A stretch of DNA of 63,193 nt, filler included, from Octopus bimaculoides (GCF_001194135.2; 8 parts of 7 records of this genome joined end to end with filler, not necessarily neighbours in it), one strand, 5' to 3'. Shown: positions 11,441 through 24,517, counted from the whole stretch's first letter. Notes: a model not told the origin generated them from the letters alone. Program-made: numbers and translations.

Positions 11441-12268
11441 AACATTTTTTAAAATTATTTTAAAAGTTTAACTGAAACAAAGGCAGTGTATTTCAGTAGA
11501 AATATAATAGCAAAAAGGTTAATTCAAAGTTAATAGTGCAATTTATTAGAAGAAGTGCATGAAATGGTTAACAAACAAAAACCTTTTTTTAATTAGAAAA
11601 ATTAAAAAAGAAAGCAAAACGAATTAAAAAAATTATAAATAACTGTTTTACATTCATTTTTCATGGTTTTGTGGGTCGTTTACTAGAGTACTTGTGTTTA
11701 CAACTGAATGCTCTTCTTAGTGCTATTTACTCAAGCAGAGAAATAATGAATGAACTCTGTTGTTTGTTAACCTAGTAAATTGCAACAAGCATTGTCAGGT
11801 ACTTTGTCCCTCAGGGTTACATCAGAATAACAATAAGATATCAACATACAATCATTATGTTGTTCTTATTTAACTGCAGTTCAGCCCTGATGGACCTGAC
11901 ATATAATCAATGTCATACCAGCTATAAGTACTCTGTCTTGTTATGGGTAGGGTAGGATATCCTCTTTTTTAAGATAGTAAGGTATAGGTTGAGTGATATT
12001 TAGTTGTTATTTCTAGCAAGTTGGTTTTTAATTAGTTTTACAGTCACATGAATTGATAAAATGCAACTGATCTGGAAGCACTTATCTCAGGTTGTTTAAT
12101 AAATGTTGATGGTAGACTTAAAGAGATATATAAAACCTGTTTGTTTTGTTTATATTTATTGATGAAAGTTTATTCCTCTCTGGTGCACTCTCTGAAGTTT
12201 GATTTATCAGTGACTGGTATCCCACTATAAATTTACTTAGGATTTGCTTTCTTCTTAACATTTTGCAG

Positions 12269-12411
12269 ATGAGTTGATGGCAATGTTAGCTGTGGCTGAT
12301 ACTGTTAAGAGTGATGCTCATTTAGCTGTCAGCACATTGAAAGACATGGGTCTTGAAGTGATTCTTTTAACTGGAGATAATCAAAAAACTGCGAGAGCAA
12401 TTGCCAAACAG
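12269..12411 (+). CDS. ATP7: ATP7 exon: P-domain ([17 protein letters not shown]...[17 protein letters not shown])
   Basis: Acceptor ttttgcag|AT completes the codon G|AT; donor CAG|gtaagt; 143 nt, phase 1/0; TGDN motif. Missed by the ORF track. Confidence 0.96.
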
Positions 12412-12899
12412 GTAAGTTTATAACAAAGATATTAAATATTTTGTTTTATTAAAAGAATTTTGTTGATTTCTAACTCTCTCCCATCCCATAGAACTACAAA
12501 TTAATAGTTTAGTTGATTAAAATATACTACTTGTATTCATTTGATTAATTTCCAATGTGTAAACCTTTTCTTGATCTTCCTCCTTTATTAATAATTTATT
12601 ACAGTTACTTATTTCCTCTTCTGAAGTCTTTGATTTGCTGCAGTAATATTGGCATGAGAAAAGTGATTTTTATAAGTCACTTATCTTAGAATAAAAGTTT
12701 GTTCTCTTCCCACAGATAATTGTTCACCAACCTAAACAGAATTTCACTTTTTCAAAATATCAAGGGGATAGATTCTTACTAATTTCTGTTGTTGTTAAGT
12801 ATGAGTTAAGTGCAATTACCTTTAGATTTATTCTGCACTTAATCATCAAAAACACTTCCTAAATTCGTTCCTTGTCTCTGAAGACCACATTCTCTGTCA

Positions 12900-13620
12900 T
12901 CTTGTTTACACAGGTGCCAAGTATGAAATTTTCCCCAGTCACTTCGACTCAAAAATATACTGTCTGTGTCCTAACTATCACCTTCAGTCAGTTTGCCAAA
13001 GCACACTGCTTGAGATAGTTCTTTGCAGTAAATTCTTTGCACTTTCTTTCTTCACACATATCTATCCCAACTTATAGATGGCAGTGTGTCCCATGCCCCA
13101 AAAGGTTACCTTTTTAAGTATGTTAACTGTTGCCCTGTCACATCAGCTTTTAAATTTCATGAATGTGAAGACACTTGTAAATTATCAATTTCATTTTTCT
13201 TCCTCTCTGATCATTAGTATGGTTTCAGTGCTGCTAAAGAGCCCGAAGATCTTTCCTACTTCACATGAGTTTCATATGTGCTTGAGATCATCAATTGTTG
13301 TTGCTCTTGGGTCATGTTTGTCATAAGAATTGCCTTGGTCTACACCTATCTATTTCTTGGGCTGGAAGTTTCTTCTCAGACCACTCTATTACAGTATTTG
13401 AGATCAAGAACGTCTCCAACCAACATTCTATTGACTCATTATTTGGTTATATTGCATACTGTTCATTCATCATATCAATGAGCAACCTGCTGTTGCTTCC
13501 ACACAAACTTTCCTGTGCAAATGAAACCATCCTTCACTCCCCAGTAACCTTTCACATACAGACGTCATCATTGTCTACAAGCTGTCTAAATACCTCCTTT
13601 GAGAGATGCAGTACTTTATA
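12900..13620 (-). mobile_element. Highly degenerate R4/Dong-like non-LTR retrotransposon remnant
   Basis: Broken minus-strand frames give RLYVKG..G and VLWQTD.R...HRQ.I, echoing the DRLY..R..GGRG and LWD..IQTD....HR.PDI motifs of this clade; many stops. Confidence 0.35.
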
Positions 13621-13903
13621 GACAAAGGCCTTGAAAGCTTCTTCTGATAGGAACATAATAACCGTGTCTCCTTTAATAACATCAAACAAGTCACAACGTT
13701 CGTCAAAGGTACAGACTTTCAAGAGTACCTTATCAAAACATTACCAATACATACATCAAGTACCCATTACTTTTTTTTTATTTCTATATTTCCTTTAACT
13801 GTAATGTTCACTTCTGTAAGTTCCCCTTACTGCTATATCTGACTTACCCATAAGGTTCACTACGTTTCAATACTTACCTGTAAAACATTTGCTTTCACTT
13901 CAG

Positions 13904-14107
13904 GTTGGCATCACGACTGTATTTGCTGAAGTCCTTCCGTCTCATAAGGTGAAAAAAATCAAACAACTTCAAAAGTCCAACAAAAAAGTTGCTATGGTGG
14001 GTGATGGTGTTAATGATTCACCAGCACTTGCTCAAGCAGATGTTGGAATTGCAATTGGCACAGGAACAGATGTTGCAGTTGAGGCTGCAGATATTGTTTT
14101 AATTCAG
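13904..14107 (+). CDS. ATP7: ATP7 exon: P-domain hinge ([15 protein letters not shown]...[39 protein letters not shown])
   Basis: Acceptor cacttcag|GTT, donor CAG|gttgga; 204 nt, phase 0/0; [10 protein letters not shown] motif. Last ATP7 exon found in the window. Confidence 0.96.
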
Positions 14108-15673
14108 GTTGGATGATCAATTCTTCTTGATTTGTCATTATTGTTTTCTCCTCCTCTTCCTTTCATGGTATATCATCATCATCATCGTCGGAACCAGTGT
14201 TAGCATCAACAATGAAAGTGTTAATGATTAATTAACGAATAATGAATTATTTCAGCAAGTTGGGATACAACTCCAATCTTATGTCCTAATCAGTGAAGCA
14301 TAGATTTAATGGCTTCTGAATGAGAAACAAATCCAGAAATTTGAGGAAGGAATCCACTCAGCTGAATTCACCCTCAAAATCAGTTCTGCTGGAGTTCAAT
14401 GCAGAACAGAAAGATAACTAAATGTTGTTAAACATTTCATCCTCTGCTCTACTAATTCTATTCATTGGTAAAAAGAACATGAGTTTCTGATTTAAGCACA
14501 AGCCCACATATTGGGGTTGGTAGTAGTTACATTGATATAATTGACTCCACGGCTTGATTGTTGCCTTTTGATAATGATTTCTTATGTAGGCTTATTAAAG
14601 CCAGTAATTTGGGGGATGCAATTATTGTTTATGTCAACATTAATATGTGACTAATACTTTATTTTATAAATCTCAGAAAGTGTGAAAAGTAATGTAAAAC
14701 CTTGGTAGGATTTGAGCTCAGAATGTAAAGAGCTGAAATAAATATACATTTCCTCAAAGCTCTAATAATTTTCCCTAAGCTATCATCTTGGTGATGATAA
14801 TGATGATAGTGGCGGCGACTTCCACTATCATCATCGTTGTAATTTAGTTCCAGTTTACATTTTTAATCCATCAAAGTAACGAGCAGAAAGCATACTAAAC
14901 GTGACCTTCCTTGGACTGCATTATCTTCTTCGTGTTTTTAAGATTGTGGAATATGATTCTGAAGGAAATTTGGCTGATATCTTTAGCAAGTCATACACAT
15001 AAACGGCTCTAAACTAACGTTTACACTGATTAGAGACTTAATAGAAGGACAGGAATCGTTTCAAGGGAGGTAATTCACTCACCTCTAAAATGCAATTGTG
15101 AATCATTTCCCTTGATTTAATAATTTTTTTCTTTCTCTTTTTCTTTCTGTGCCAAAAGCTGGAAGTATCTCGAACACAATTTTCTGAAATTGTTTCTTTG
15201 AATTTAGATTATAAAATTGTTACACTGCAAAATTGTATCCGACTTGCTGGTTGCTCTTTATAACTGGATTCCGCTTCTGTCATCAAATTACTGACACAAT
15301 AGACAAGGTGTTTATTTTACCAACATCATTTTGTAGGATGCTTTACAGAGCAAGAGAAAGCCTTCTAATTGTACTCGGTGTCTGTTTAGTCGGTAGAGTA
15401 AGGAAGTAGCAGAAAATAATTTACCTTTGTTTGTAGTAAAGGTATACCGTACAATATCTGGGCTATAAGTGTGATGCTTCATTAGAGGTAACTGAAGTAA
15501 GCCTGTGTTGGTTGCACAATATTAATTTTTCATTTCATCTCATATTAACGTCCACTTTTCCATGTCTGCATGGGTCGGATGGAGTTAATTGAGGCGAATT
15601 TTCTACAGACAGATTCCCTTCTTGTCACCAACCCTTACCTGTTTCTAAGCAAGTTAATATTTGTCCCATGGCT

Positions 15674-15890
15674 AAAGTGGTGAGCTGGCAGAAACGTTAG
15701 CATGCCGGGCGAAATGCTTAGTGGTATTTCGTCTGCTGTTACATTCTGAGTTCAAATTCTGCCAAGGTCAACTTTGCCTTTCATCCTTTTGGGGTTGATA
15801 AGTTTAGTACCAGTTGCATATTGGGGTCGATCTAATCGACTGGCCTCCTCCTCAAAATTTTTGGGCCGTGTGCCTAAAGTAGAAAAGAAT
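15674..15890 (+). mobile_element. tRNA-derived SINE family 1 copy (sense)
   Basis: gtggtgagctggcagaaacgttagcatgccgggcgaaatgcttag...gagttcaaattc (B-box-like)...ctttgcctttcatcc. Confidence 0.8.
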
Positions 15891-16429
15891 GTTCTTGCAG
15901 TTTATTGAAAATAAATGACACTGCTTGTATGGTGTTGACAATCATTTACAAATATGGCACTGTGATATCAAACAAGGTTACACACACACACACAGCAAGC
16001 CGTTTTCAGTTTCCATCCGCCAAATCTATTCACAAGGCTTTGGTCAGCTTGGGGCTCTAACAGAAGACACTTGTCCAAGGTGCCATGAAGTGGGTCTGAA
16101 CTGAAAATCGTGTGGCTGAGAAGCCATGCCTGCTCTTGTATTATTCTGTATGAAATAACGAAATAGAACTAATCTGTGAGCCTTATCATCAATTATGTGC
16201 AGAAAAGACAATTACATTGGTATTGACATATTGAGTGGATGATGAGTGTTCAGCAGTGATAGGTGCCATGTACTAACAGCACAGCACAGATCTGTGTCAG
16301 CAAAGGAAGAATAAAGACACAGTTGGAAAGACCCTTTAACAGTGCAAGATCAAATTTCTTGGTGCATTGTTCTTATGAGTCTATCATTCACTATATTTTA
16401 ATAATAATAATACTAATAATGATAATTAA

Positions 16430-17835
16430 TGGTTTCAAATTTTGACACAAGGCCAGCAATTTCAGGGGAGGGAATAAGTTATTTACATTATCTCAGTGCT
16501 CAACTGGTACTTATTTTATCAACCTTGAAAGGATGAATGGCAAAGTTGACCTTGGTGGAATTTGAAATCAGAATGTAAAGACAAACAAATTGCTGCTAAG
16601 CATTTAGCCCAGCTTGCTCATGATTCTACCAGCTTGGCACCTTAATAATAATGATAATGGTTTCAAATTTTGGTGTAAGGCCAGTAAGTTCAGGAGGTTA
16701 TCAACTCTGAAAGGATTAAAAGGCAAAGTCAACCTCAGCGGAATTTGAACTCAGAACATAAAGATGGACGAAATGTTGCTAAGCATTTTGCCCAGCATGC
16801 TCATGGCTCTGCCAGCTCACCATTTTAATAATTATATTAACCCTTTAGCATTCATGTCATTTTGTCAAAGCTAATGCTTATTTACTCCCATTGTTTTAAA
16901 TTAATCATGCATTATTTTGTAGCCCTGAGATTTTGATGTTAGAATGATCTTGTCGGGTTGGTGTGAGAGGCCAGAGCTGGCCAGTTTGCACATAAAACAA
17001 ATAGAATATTTTAGCCAGATGTGGTCAGTTTAAATGCTAATCTTTTCTACTAAAGGCACAAGGCCTGAAATTCATGGAGAGGAGACTAGTCAATTACATC
17101 GATCCAGTGTCTTACTGGTACTTAATTTATCGACCTTGAAAGGATGAAAGAAAAGTTGACTTTGGCAGAATTTGAAATATAATAATAATCCTTTCCAATA
17201 TAGGCACAAGACCTGCAATTTTGGAGGAAAGGGATAACCAATTATATTGATCCCAATTACTGATTGGTACTTATTTAATCAACCTTGAAAGGATGAAAGA
17301 CTAAGTCAACTTAGGCAGAATTTGAACTCAATGTAAAATCTGAAGAAATGCTACTAAGCTTTTTACCTGGTCTGCTAACAATCCTGTCAGCTTGTTTTGT
17401 TTTTTTTTAAAGGCAGAAGACCAGTATATTTGAGGGGAAGGTGATAGTTGATACCATTGACCCTAGTATTTGACTGGTATTTCATTGACCCTGGAAGATT
17501 GATAGGCAAAGTTGACTTTATCAGGATTTGAGCACAGAACAGAAAGAGCTAGAAGAAATACTGAATAGCAGTTTGTTCACTGCTCTTGTGATTCTTCCAA
17601 TACACTGCCCTAATAATCCTTTCTGTTACAGGCACAAGGCCTGAAACTTGTGAGGAGGGGTAAGTCGATTTCATTGACCCCAGTGCTGCACTAGTACTTA
17701 TTTTATCGACCCCAAAAGAATGAAAGATAAAGTCAACTTCAGTGAAATTTGAACTCAGAACATAAAGACAGATGAAGTACCGTTAACCATTTTTCTCGAT
17801 GTGCTAATGATTCTGCCAGCTCACTGCCCACTACA
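16430..17835 (-). mobile_element. Stack of about six same-orientation SINE family 1 copies, with a TTAA-MITE at 16841-17040
   Basis: Repeated ggcacaaggcctgaa...gaaaggatgaa...aaagt(c/t)gac...gaatttgaactcag units at about 16430, 16665, 17040, 17190, 17410 and 17615, mostly separated by (TAA)n. Confidence 0.75.
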
Positions 17836-17841
17836 TTGTGC

Positions 17842-17873
<32 letters not shown>

Positions 17874-17875
<2 letters not shown>

Positions 17876-18226
17876 TAAATTGATCAATAAAGCCATAACT
17901 GAAGACAGCCGCAGAAAGAAGAAAGGCCTCAGTATGGCCTGGGTGGACTACCAAAAGGCTTTCGACAGTGTTCCCCACACGTGGATTCTGGAAACACTAG
18001 CCATAAACAAGGTGGCACCAATTATCATAAAATACATAGAGCACTCAATGAACAAATGGCAGACAGTGCTACAGCTCCAAACAAAAGAGGGACTTGTGAA
18101 AACGAAAGCCATCCCCATTAGAAGAGGAATATTCCAGGGAGACACGCTCTCTCCACTCCTGTTCTGCCTGGCACTCACACCTCTAACAGAATTGCTAAAT
18201 AGAACTGGATGCGGTTACAAATGCTA
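17874..18226 (+). mobile_element. 5'-truncated R4/Dong-like (RLE) non-LTR retrotransposon, RT fragment
   Basis: Open frame ...LSMAWVDYQKAFDSVPHTWI...IRRGIFQGDTLSPLLFCLAL...; begins directly after (TAA)n at 17842-17873 and runs into the scaffold end. Confidence 0.88.
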
Positions 18227-18326
18227 NNNNNNNNNNNNNNNNNNNNNNNNNNNNNNNNNNNNNNNNNNNNTTAATTAATTAANNNNNNNNNNNNNNNNNN
18301 NNNNNNNNNNNNNNNNNNNNNNNNNN
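18227..18326. other. Artificial scaffold spacer (44 N + TTAATTAATTAA + 44 N)
   Basis: Identical 100-bp spacers with the 12-mer at 18271, 25919, 32636, 51563, 54830, 56811 and 60818; the 12-mer has stop codons in all six frames. Confidence 0.97.
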
Positions 18327-18369
<43 letters not shown>

Positions 18370-19947
18370 AATACATATATAGAACGAAGTATTGGCGCAA
18401 TATATACACACAAACGGGTATGTATGTATATATGTATATGGGCAGACAGATAGAGAGGTAGATAGATTGATAAATAGACACATAGACCGATATATCCATA
18501 CATATATATATATATATAACCGTTTTAAAATTTCAGATTACATAAACAGTATTTTACGTAGCATATGGGAAGTTCCCACGAGCACTATTTTCTAAATGTC
18601 TGCCATTTCTGGAATTTTCAGGTAGCTGAGCTAGCTAGCAATCAGCCCCTTTTCCTATCATTCCTATCATTTTTATTATTGTTGTTGTTGCTGTTTTTGT
18701 TATTTATTTATTTATTTATTCATTTATTTATTTATCTTAATAACGAGAGTGAAGAGTGGCACGAGCCATTATAGCTTAAATCATAGCACTAGAATTACCA
18801 CAACGGTATTTATTTTCCTTCCTCTCTCTCTCTAATTTTACTTGAGGCTGAAGATCAAATCACGCCACACCAGAAAATGTACTCTTAACTTATCAAGATT
18901 TTAAAGAAAACTGGTTGACAGCTGCACCTGACCCTCTACATTTGTTTGGATTACGATCTAAGTTAGCGTTATTATTAAAAGTGTGCACGTAATCACGTAA
19001 ACTCATCTAATCCTTAATGAATGTTTCCAACGATGAAGGCCTATCCTCAACTTCTGACGTCAAAATTTTAATTTTTCCGACTCCGCCATCTTTGTCTCAT
19101 TTAAGCTTCTTAAACTTATGCGTTACAGAACATTAAGTAGCTATATAGTTTTATATATCTATATATCTATATATATATANNNNNNNNNNNNNNNNNNNNN
19201 NNNNNNNNNNNNNNNNNNNNNNNNNNNNNNNNNNNNNNNNNNNNNNNNNNNNNNNNNNNNNNNNNNNNNNNNNNNNNNNNNNNNNNNNNNNNNNNNNNNN
19301 NNNNNNNNNNNNNNNNNNNNNNNNNNNNNNNNNNNNNNNNNNNNNNNNNNNNNNNNNNNNNNNNNNNNNNNNNNNNNNNNNNNNNNNNNNNNNNNNNNNN
19401 NNNNNNNNNNNNNNNNNNNNNNNNNNNNNNNNNNNNNNNNNNNNNNNNNNNNNNNNNNNNNNNNNNNNNNNNNNNNNNNNNNNNNNNNNNNNNNNNNNNN
19501 NNNNNNNNNNNNNNNNNNNNNNNNNNNNNNNNNNNNNNNNNNNNNNNNNNNNNNNNNNNNNNNNNNNNNNNNNNNNNNNNNNNNNNNNNNNNNNNNNNNN
19601 NNNNNNNNNNNNNNNNNNNNNNNNNNNNNNNNNNNNNNNNNNNNNNNNNNNNNNNNNNNNNNNNNNNNNNNNNNNNNNNNNNNNNNNNNNNNNNNNNNNN
19701 NNNNNNNNNNNNNNNNNNNNNNNNNNNNNNNNNNNNNNNNNNNNNNNNNNNNNNNNNNNNNNNNNNNNNNNNNNNNNNNNNNNNNNNNNNNNNNNNNNNN
19801 NNNNNNNNNNNNNNNNNNNNNNNNNNNNNNNNNNNNNNNNNNNNNNNNNNNNNNNNNNNNNTATAAGCCTGCATGCAACAATGCATATATATGCATATAT
19901 ACATATCGATGAACATGTACAGACACAATTATAAATGCTTCTGTGTT

Positions 19948-19988
<41 letters not shown>

Positions 19989-20296
19989 CGAGAGACACTG
20001 ACAAATAGAGACCGCGAGAGATAGATGGACTGAGAAGAAGATACATATTTATATGTACATACGTGATTATTGTGTTTGTATATGTGTATATGTTTGTGTA
20101 AGTGTTCAATGGACACATGTAATTCATATTGATTAATCTTCAAACAATTTACCATTCCTATTTCAATATATACGCCTTCATTATACTTGTCCGCACTTTG
20201 TTTTCAACTTTAGATTTGAACCGTTGATGTAACCATTATGTTGTTCAGGTGGTCTGATGAGCTAGCTTTCTTTGTTTGAATTGACTTGCGTTTGTA

Positions 20297-20862
20297 CGAT
20301 GGTGAATCACAAGGTAATGCCATTTTGTTTAGGACAGGTATAATTACCAACACAAGAACATGTATCATGCATCAAAATGAAGCTGGTCCTTTGTGGATCA
20401 CATCCCTACTCCTCAACATAATCACCGTTTCTCTCAATAGCGATGTTCCACCTTCGAATGAGAGCATGTATCCCTGCCCTGTAAAATTCTGTTGACTGTA
20501 CTTTGAGCCACTTCTTCACTACAGTTTTTACTTCATCATCACTGGAATAATGTTTGCCTCTCAAACCCTCTTTCGTGGGGCCGAAGAGATGATAGTCCAG
20601 TGACGATGATTATCCAGTGACGAGGAAATGAAAACTGTAGTGAAGAAGTGACTCAAAGAACAGTCAACAGAATTTTACGGGGTAGGGATACGTTCTCTCA
20701 TTCGAAGGTGGAACATTGCTATTGAAAGAAACGGTGATTATGTTGAGAAGTAGGGATGTGATCCACAGAGGACCAACTTCATTTTGATGTATGATACATG
20801 TTCCTGTGTTGGTAATTTTACCTGTCTTAAACAAAGTGGCATTACTTTTTGACTCACCTTCG
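20297..20862. mobile_element. Mariner-derived palindromic MITE made of two inverted transposase 3' ends
   Basis: TA-CGATGGTGAATCA...TGACTCACCTTCG-TA; arms of about 250 bp; right arm reads SSDEEMKTVVKK*LKEQSTEFYGVGIRSLIRRWNIAIERNGDYVEK*, a mariner transposase C-terminus. Confidence 0.88.
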
Positions 20863-21946
20863 TATATGTCTATATATATATATACGTGCATATATGAGTA
20901 CAGAACGTCGCCAACGGTGCAAGTGACATGAAATACGTAAACAACGAGCAAAAAATGGAAAACAGGACAAGTTAACATATACGCACACACACACACATAT
21001 ATATATTTATATATAATAATTGTAGTTAGATGTATATATATGTGTGTATTTGTTTGATTGTCTATGCACGTGTATACGTCTGTGTATGCGTATGTGTATG
21101 TGTCTGTTTATGTATATATCTTCTAATGAAATAATTAAAACTGCAACTATTCACCAGGAAGCACTCAAATATCTGTACGTAAATTTTAAATCGATTTTCG
21201 TTTTCTCTCTTTACAACTATAAAAAAAAAATTGTATATAAAAAAAACAAAAACGACTTTCCCATCGCGCGCATTATTTCAATGAAATATCTTTTCCAACT
21301 TCCTTTTTGTCAATTTGTTTTCTTCTATTGATATGTGACTAAAATGCAATAAAGTCAATAAACCCTTAATTACATCATTCCGACGATATTCAATTATATA
21401 CAAATGGCGCCCTCTATCTACGAATACTAAGGTCGTTATTACTTCAACGTGGAAAGCAATGTGAATTAAATGTAAGTTTAAAGATTATGTCTTACACTTT
21501 ATTCTATTTAGCAAAACACTCTTTACAACAAACCAAGAACAACTTAGAAATGAAAAATCAAATTCCAACTATATATATNNNNNNNNNNNNNNNNNNNNNN
21601 NNNNNNNNNNNNNNNNNNNNNNNNNNNNNNNNNNNNNNNNNNNNNNNNNNNNNNNNNNNNNNNNNNNNNNNNNNNNNNNNNNNNNNNNNNNNNNNNNNNN
21701 NNNNNNNNNNNNNNNNNNNNNNNNNNNNNNNNNNNNNNNNNNNNNNNNNNNNNNNNNNNNNNNNNNNNNNNNNNNNNNNNNNNNNNNNNNNNNNNNNNNN
21801 NNNNNNNNNNNNNNNNNNNNNNNNNNNNNNNNNNNNNNNNNNNNNNNNNNNNNNNNNNNNNNNNNNNNNNNNNNNNNNNNNNNNNNNNNNNNNNNNNNNN
21901 NNNNNNNNNNNNNNNNNNNNNNNNNNTATATATATATGTATGTATG

Positions 21947-21990
<44 letters not shown>

Positions 21991-22338
21991 TGTGTGTTTG
22001 TTTGATTGTGTGTAAGATTGGTAAGGCTTAAATAGTTATATTCATATGTGTATGTATGTATGTATGTATGTATGTCATTGTTCAGTTTTATTTGAAGATT
22101 TCTTACCAATAGAGAAAGATCCGGTTTCTAACCTAGATCCAAGGCTCCTTCAAGGGAATTTCAACATCAACAACATGGTATTTCTGTATGCATATATGTA
22201 TGTATGTATATATGTATGAACGTGTTTGTGAGTATATATGTATGTGTGTATGTATGTATTCATCTATGTATGTGTGTCTATGTGTATGTATGTGTGTATG
22301 TATATTTGTATATATACGTTTGTATATATATATGTATG

Positions 22339-22408
<70 letters not shown>

Positions 22409-23193
22409 NNNNNNNNNNNNNNNNNNNNNNNNNNNNNNNNNNNNNNNNNNNNNNNNNNNNNNNNNNNNNNNNNNNNNNNNNNNNNNNNNNNNNNNNNNNN
22501 NNNNNNNNNNNNNNNNNNNNNNNNNNNNNNNNNNNNNNNNNNNNNNNNNNNNNNNNNNNNNNNNNNNNNNNNNNNNNNNNNNNNNNNNNNNNNNNNNNNN
22601 NNNNNNNNNNNNNNNNNNNNNNNNNNNNNNNNNNNNNNNNNNNNNNNNNNNNNNNNNNNNNNNNNNNNNNNNNNNNNNNNNNNNNNNNNNNNNNNNNNNN
22701 NNNNNNNNNNNNNNNNNNNNNNNNNNNNNNNNNNNNNNNNNNNNNNNNNNNNNNNNNNNNNNNNNNNNNNNNNNNNNNNNNNNNNNNNNNNNNNNNNNNN
22801 NNNNNNNNNNNNNNNNNNNNNNNNNNNNNNNNNNNNNNNNNNNNNNNNNNNNNNNNNNNNNNNNNNNNNNNNNNNNNNNNNNNNNNNNNNNNNNNNNNNN
22901 NNNNNNNNNNNNNNNNNNNNNNNNNNNNNNNNNNNNNNNNNNNNNNNNNNNNNNNNNNNNNNNNNNNNNNNNNNNNNNNNNNNNNNNNNNNNNNNNNNNN
23001 NNNNNNNNNNNNNNNNNNNNNNNNNNNNNNNNNNNNNNNNNNNNNNNNNNNNNNNNNNNNNNNNNNNNNNNNNNNNNNNNNNNNNNNNNNNNNNNNNNNN
23101 NNNNNNNNNNNNNNNNNNNNGAGAGAGAGAGAGAGAGAGAGAGACATAGAAGTGAGAGAGAGAGAGACATAGAAGAGAGAGAGAGAGAGACAT

Positions 23194-23245
<52 letters not shown>

Positions 23246-24473
23246 AGAGTGATGTGTTCCTGTATAGATGAGTAGACAGGAGCTGCAAAAGACTGATAGA
23301 AATTATTTTCGTTAGCTTTTTTCTTTACTTTTTTTGAGATAAAAGATTAAAATTCATGCCTTTGTAAACTATATTTTAGAATTAAAGAGCTGTTATTTTT
23401 GGTTGTCATAAAGTTAACAAATTGGCGGATTGAAGTTAAACTTTATGTAGAGATTTTGCTAGTTATTAAGTGGGGCCATTACAGTGGCAGCTCGCTGAAA
23501 GGTTTTACTCGAACGACCCGACATCAATATTTTTTTTTTTTAAGACTTGTACTTATTTTCTCAGTTGTTATGCTAAACTGCTAAGTTACAGAGACGTAAG
23601 CAGACCTAACCCGGTTGTCAGGTGGTGGTGAGGGACGAACACAAAGACAACGGCGCCCCTACACACCGTACAGACACGGCAGATTTCTCTCAGTTTACCA
23701 ATTCCACTCACAAGGATTTGGTCGGAGATACTTGCTCAAGGTTCCAAGCAGTGAGACTGAATTCGTAACCACTTGGCTGAGATACAAACTCCTTACTTCA
23801 CAGCCACAATGATTGTAAGTTTGGTAGACTGGAACCAATATTAATTTAGTTAAAATATTTAATTAGGTTTTTTAGGGGAATTAATGGTGTTGTAATATAA
23901 CTGAGTTAGACAAGAGTAAAGGTGTTTGAAGGGCTGTGAGCTGGTAGAACCGTTAACGCGTCGAGCAAAATGCTTAGCTGCATATTTTTTTTTTTTTTTT
24001 GATTCCTTACGTTCTGAGATCAACTATGCCTTTAATCATTTTCGGGATCGATAATCGATAAAATCATGTAATCGATGTAACTGTTTAGCACACTTTACCA
24101 CCAACACTGTCAAATTTTATGCCCTATAGCAGAAATATATATATATATATATATANNNNNNNNNNNNNNNNNNNNNNNNNNNNNNNNNNNNNNNNNNNNN
24201 NNNNNNNNNNNNNNNNNNNNNNNNNNNNNNNNNNNNNNNNNNNNNNNNNNNNNNNNNNNNNNNNNNNNNNNNNNNNNNNNNNNNNNNNNNNNNNNNNNNN
24301 NNNNNNNNNNNNNNNNNNNNNNNNNNNNNNNNNNNNNNNNNNNNNNNNNNNNNNNNNNNNNNNNNNNNNNNNNNNNNNNNNNNNNNNNNNNNNNNNNNNN
24401 NNNNNNNNNNNNNNNNNNNNNNNNNNNNNNNNNNNNNNNNNNNNNNNNNNNNNNNNNNNNNNNNNNNNNNNNA

Positions 24474-24517
<44 letters not shown>

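Noticed and set aside
15208-15300. Possible next ATP7 exon (LLVALYNW... after tttag)
   Set aside because: Does not match the expected NDL.DV...RI..N...YN...IP.A.G pattern and hits a stop without a donor.
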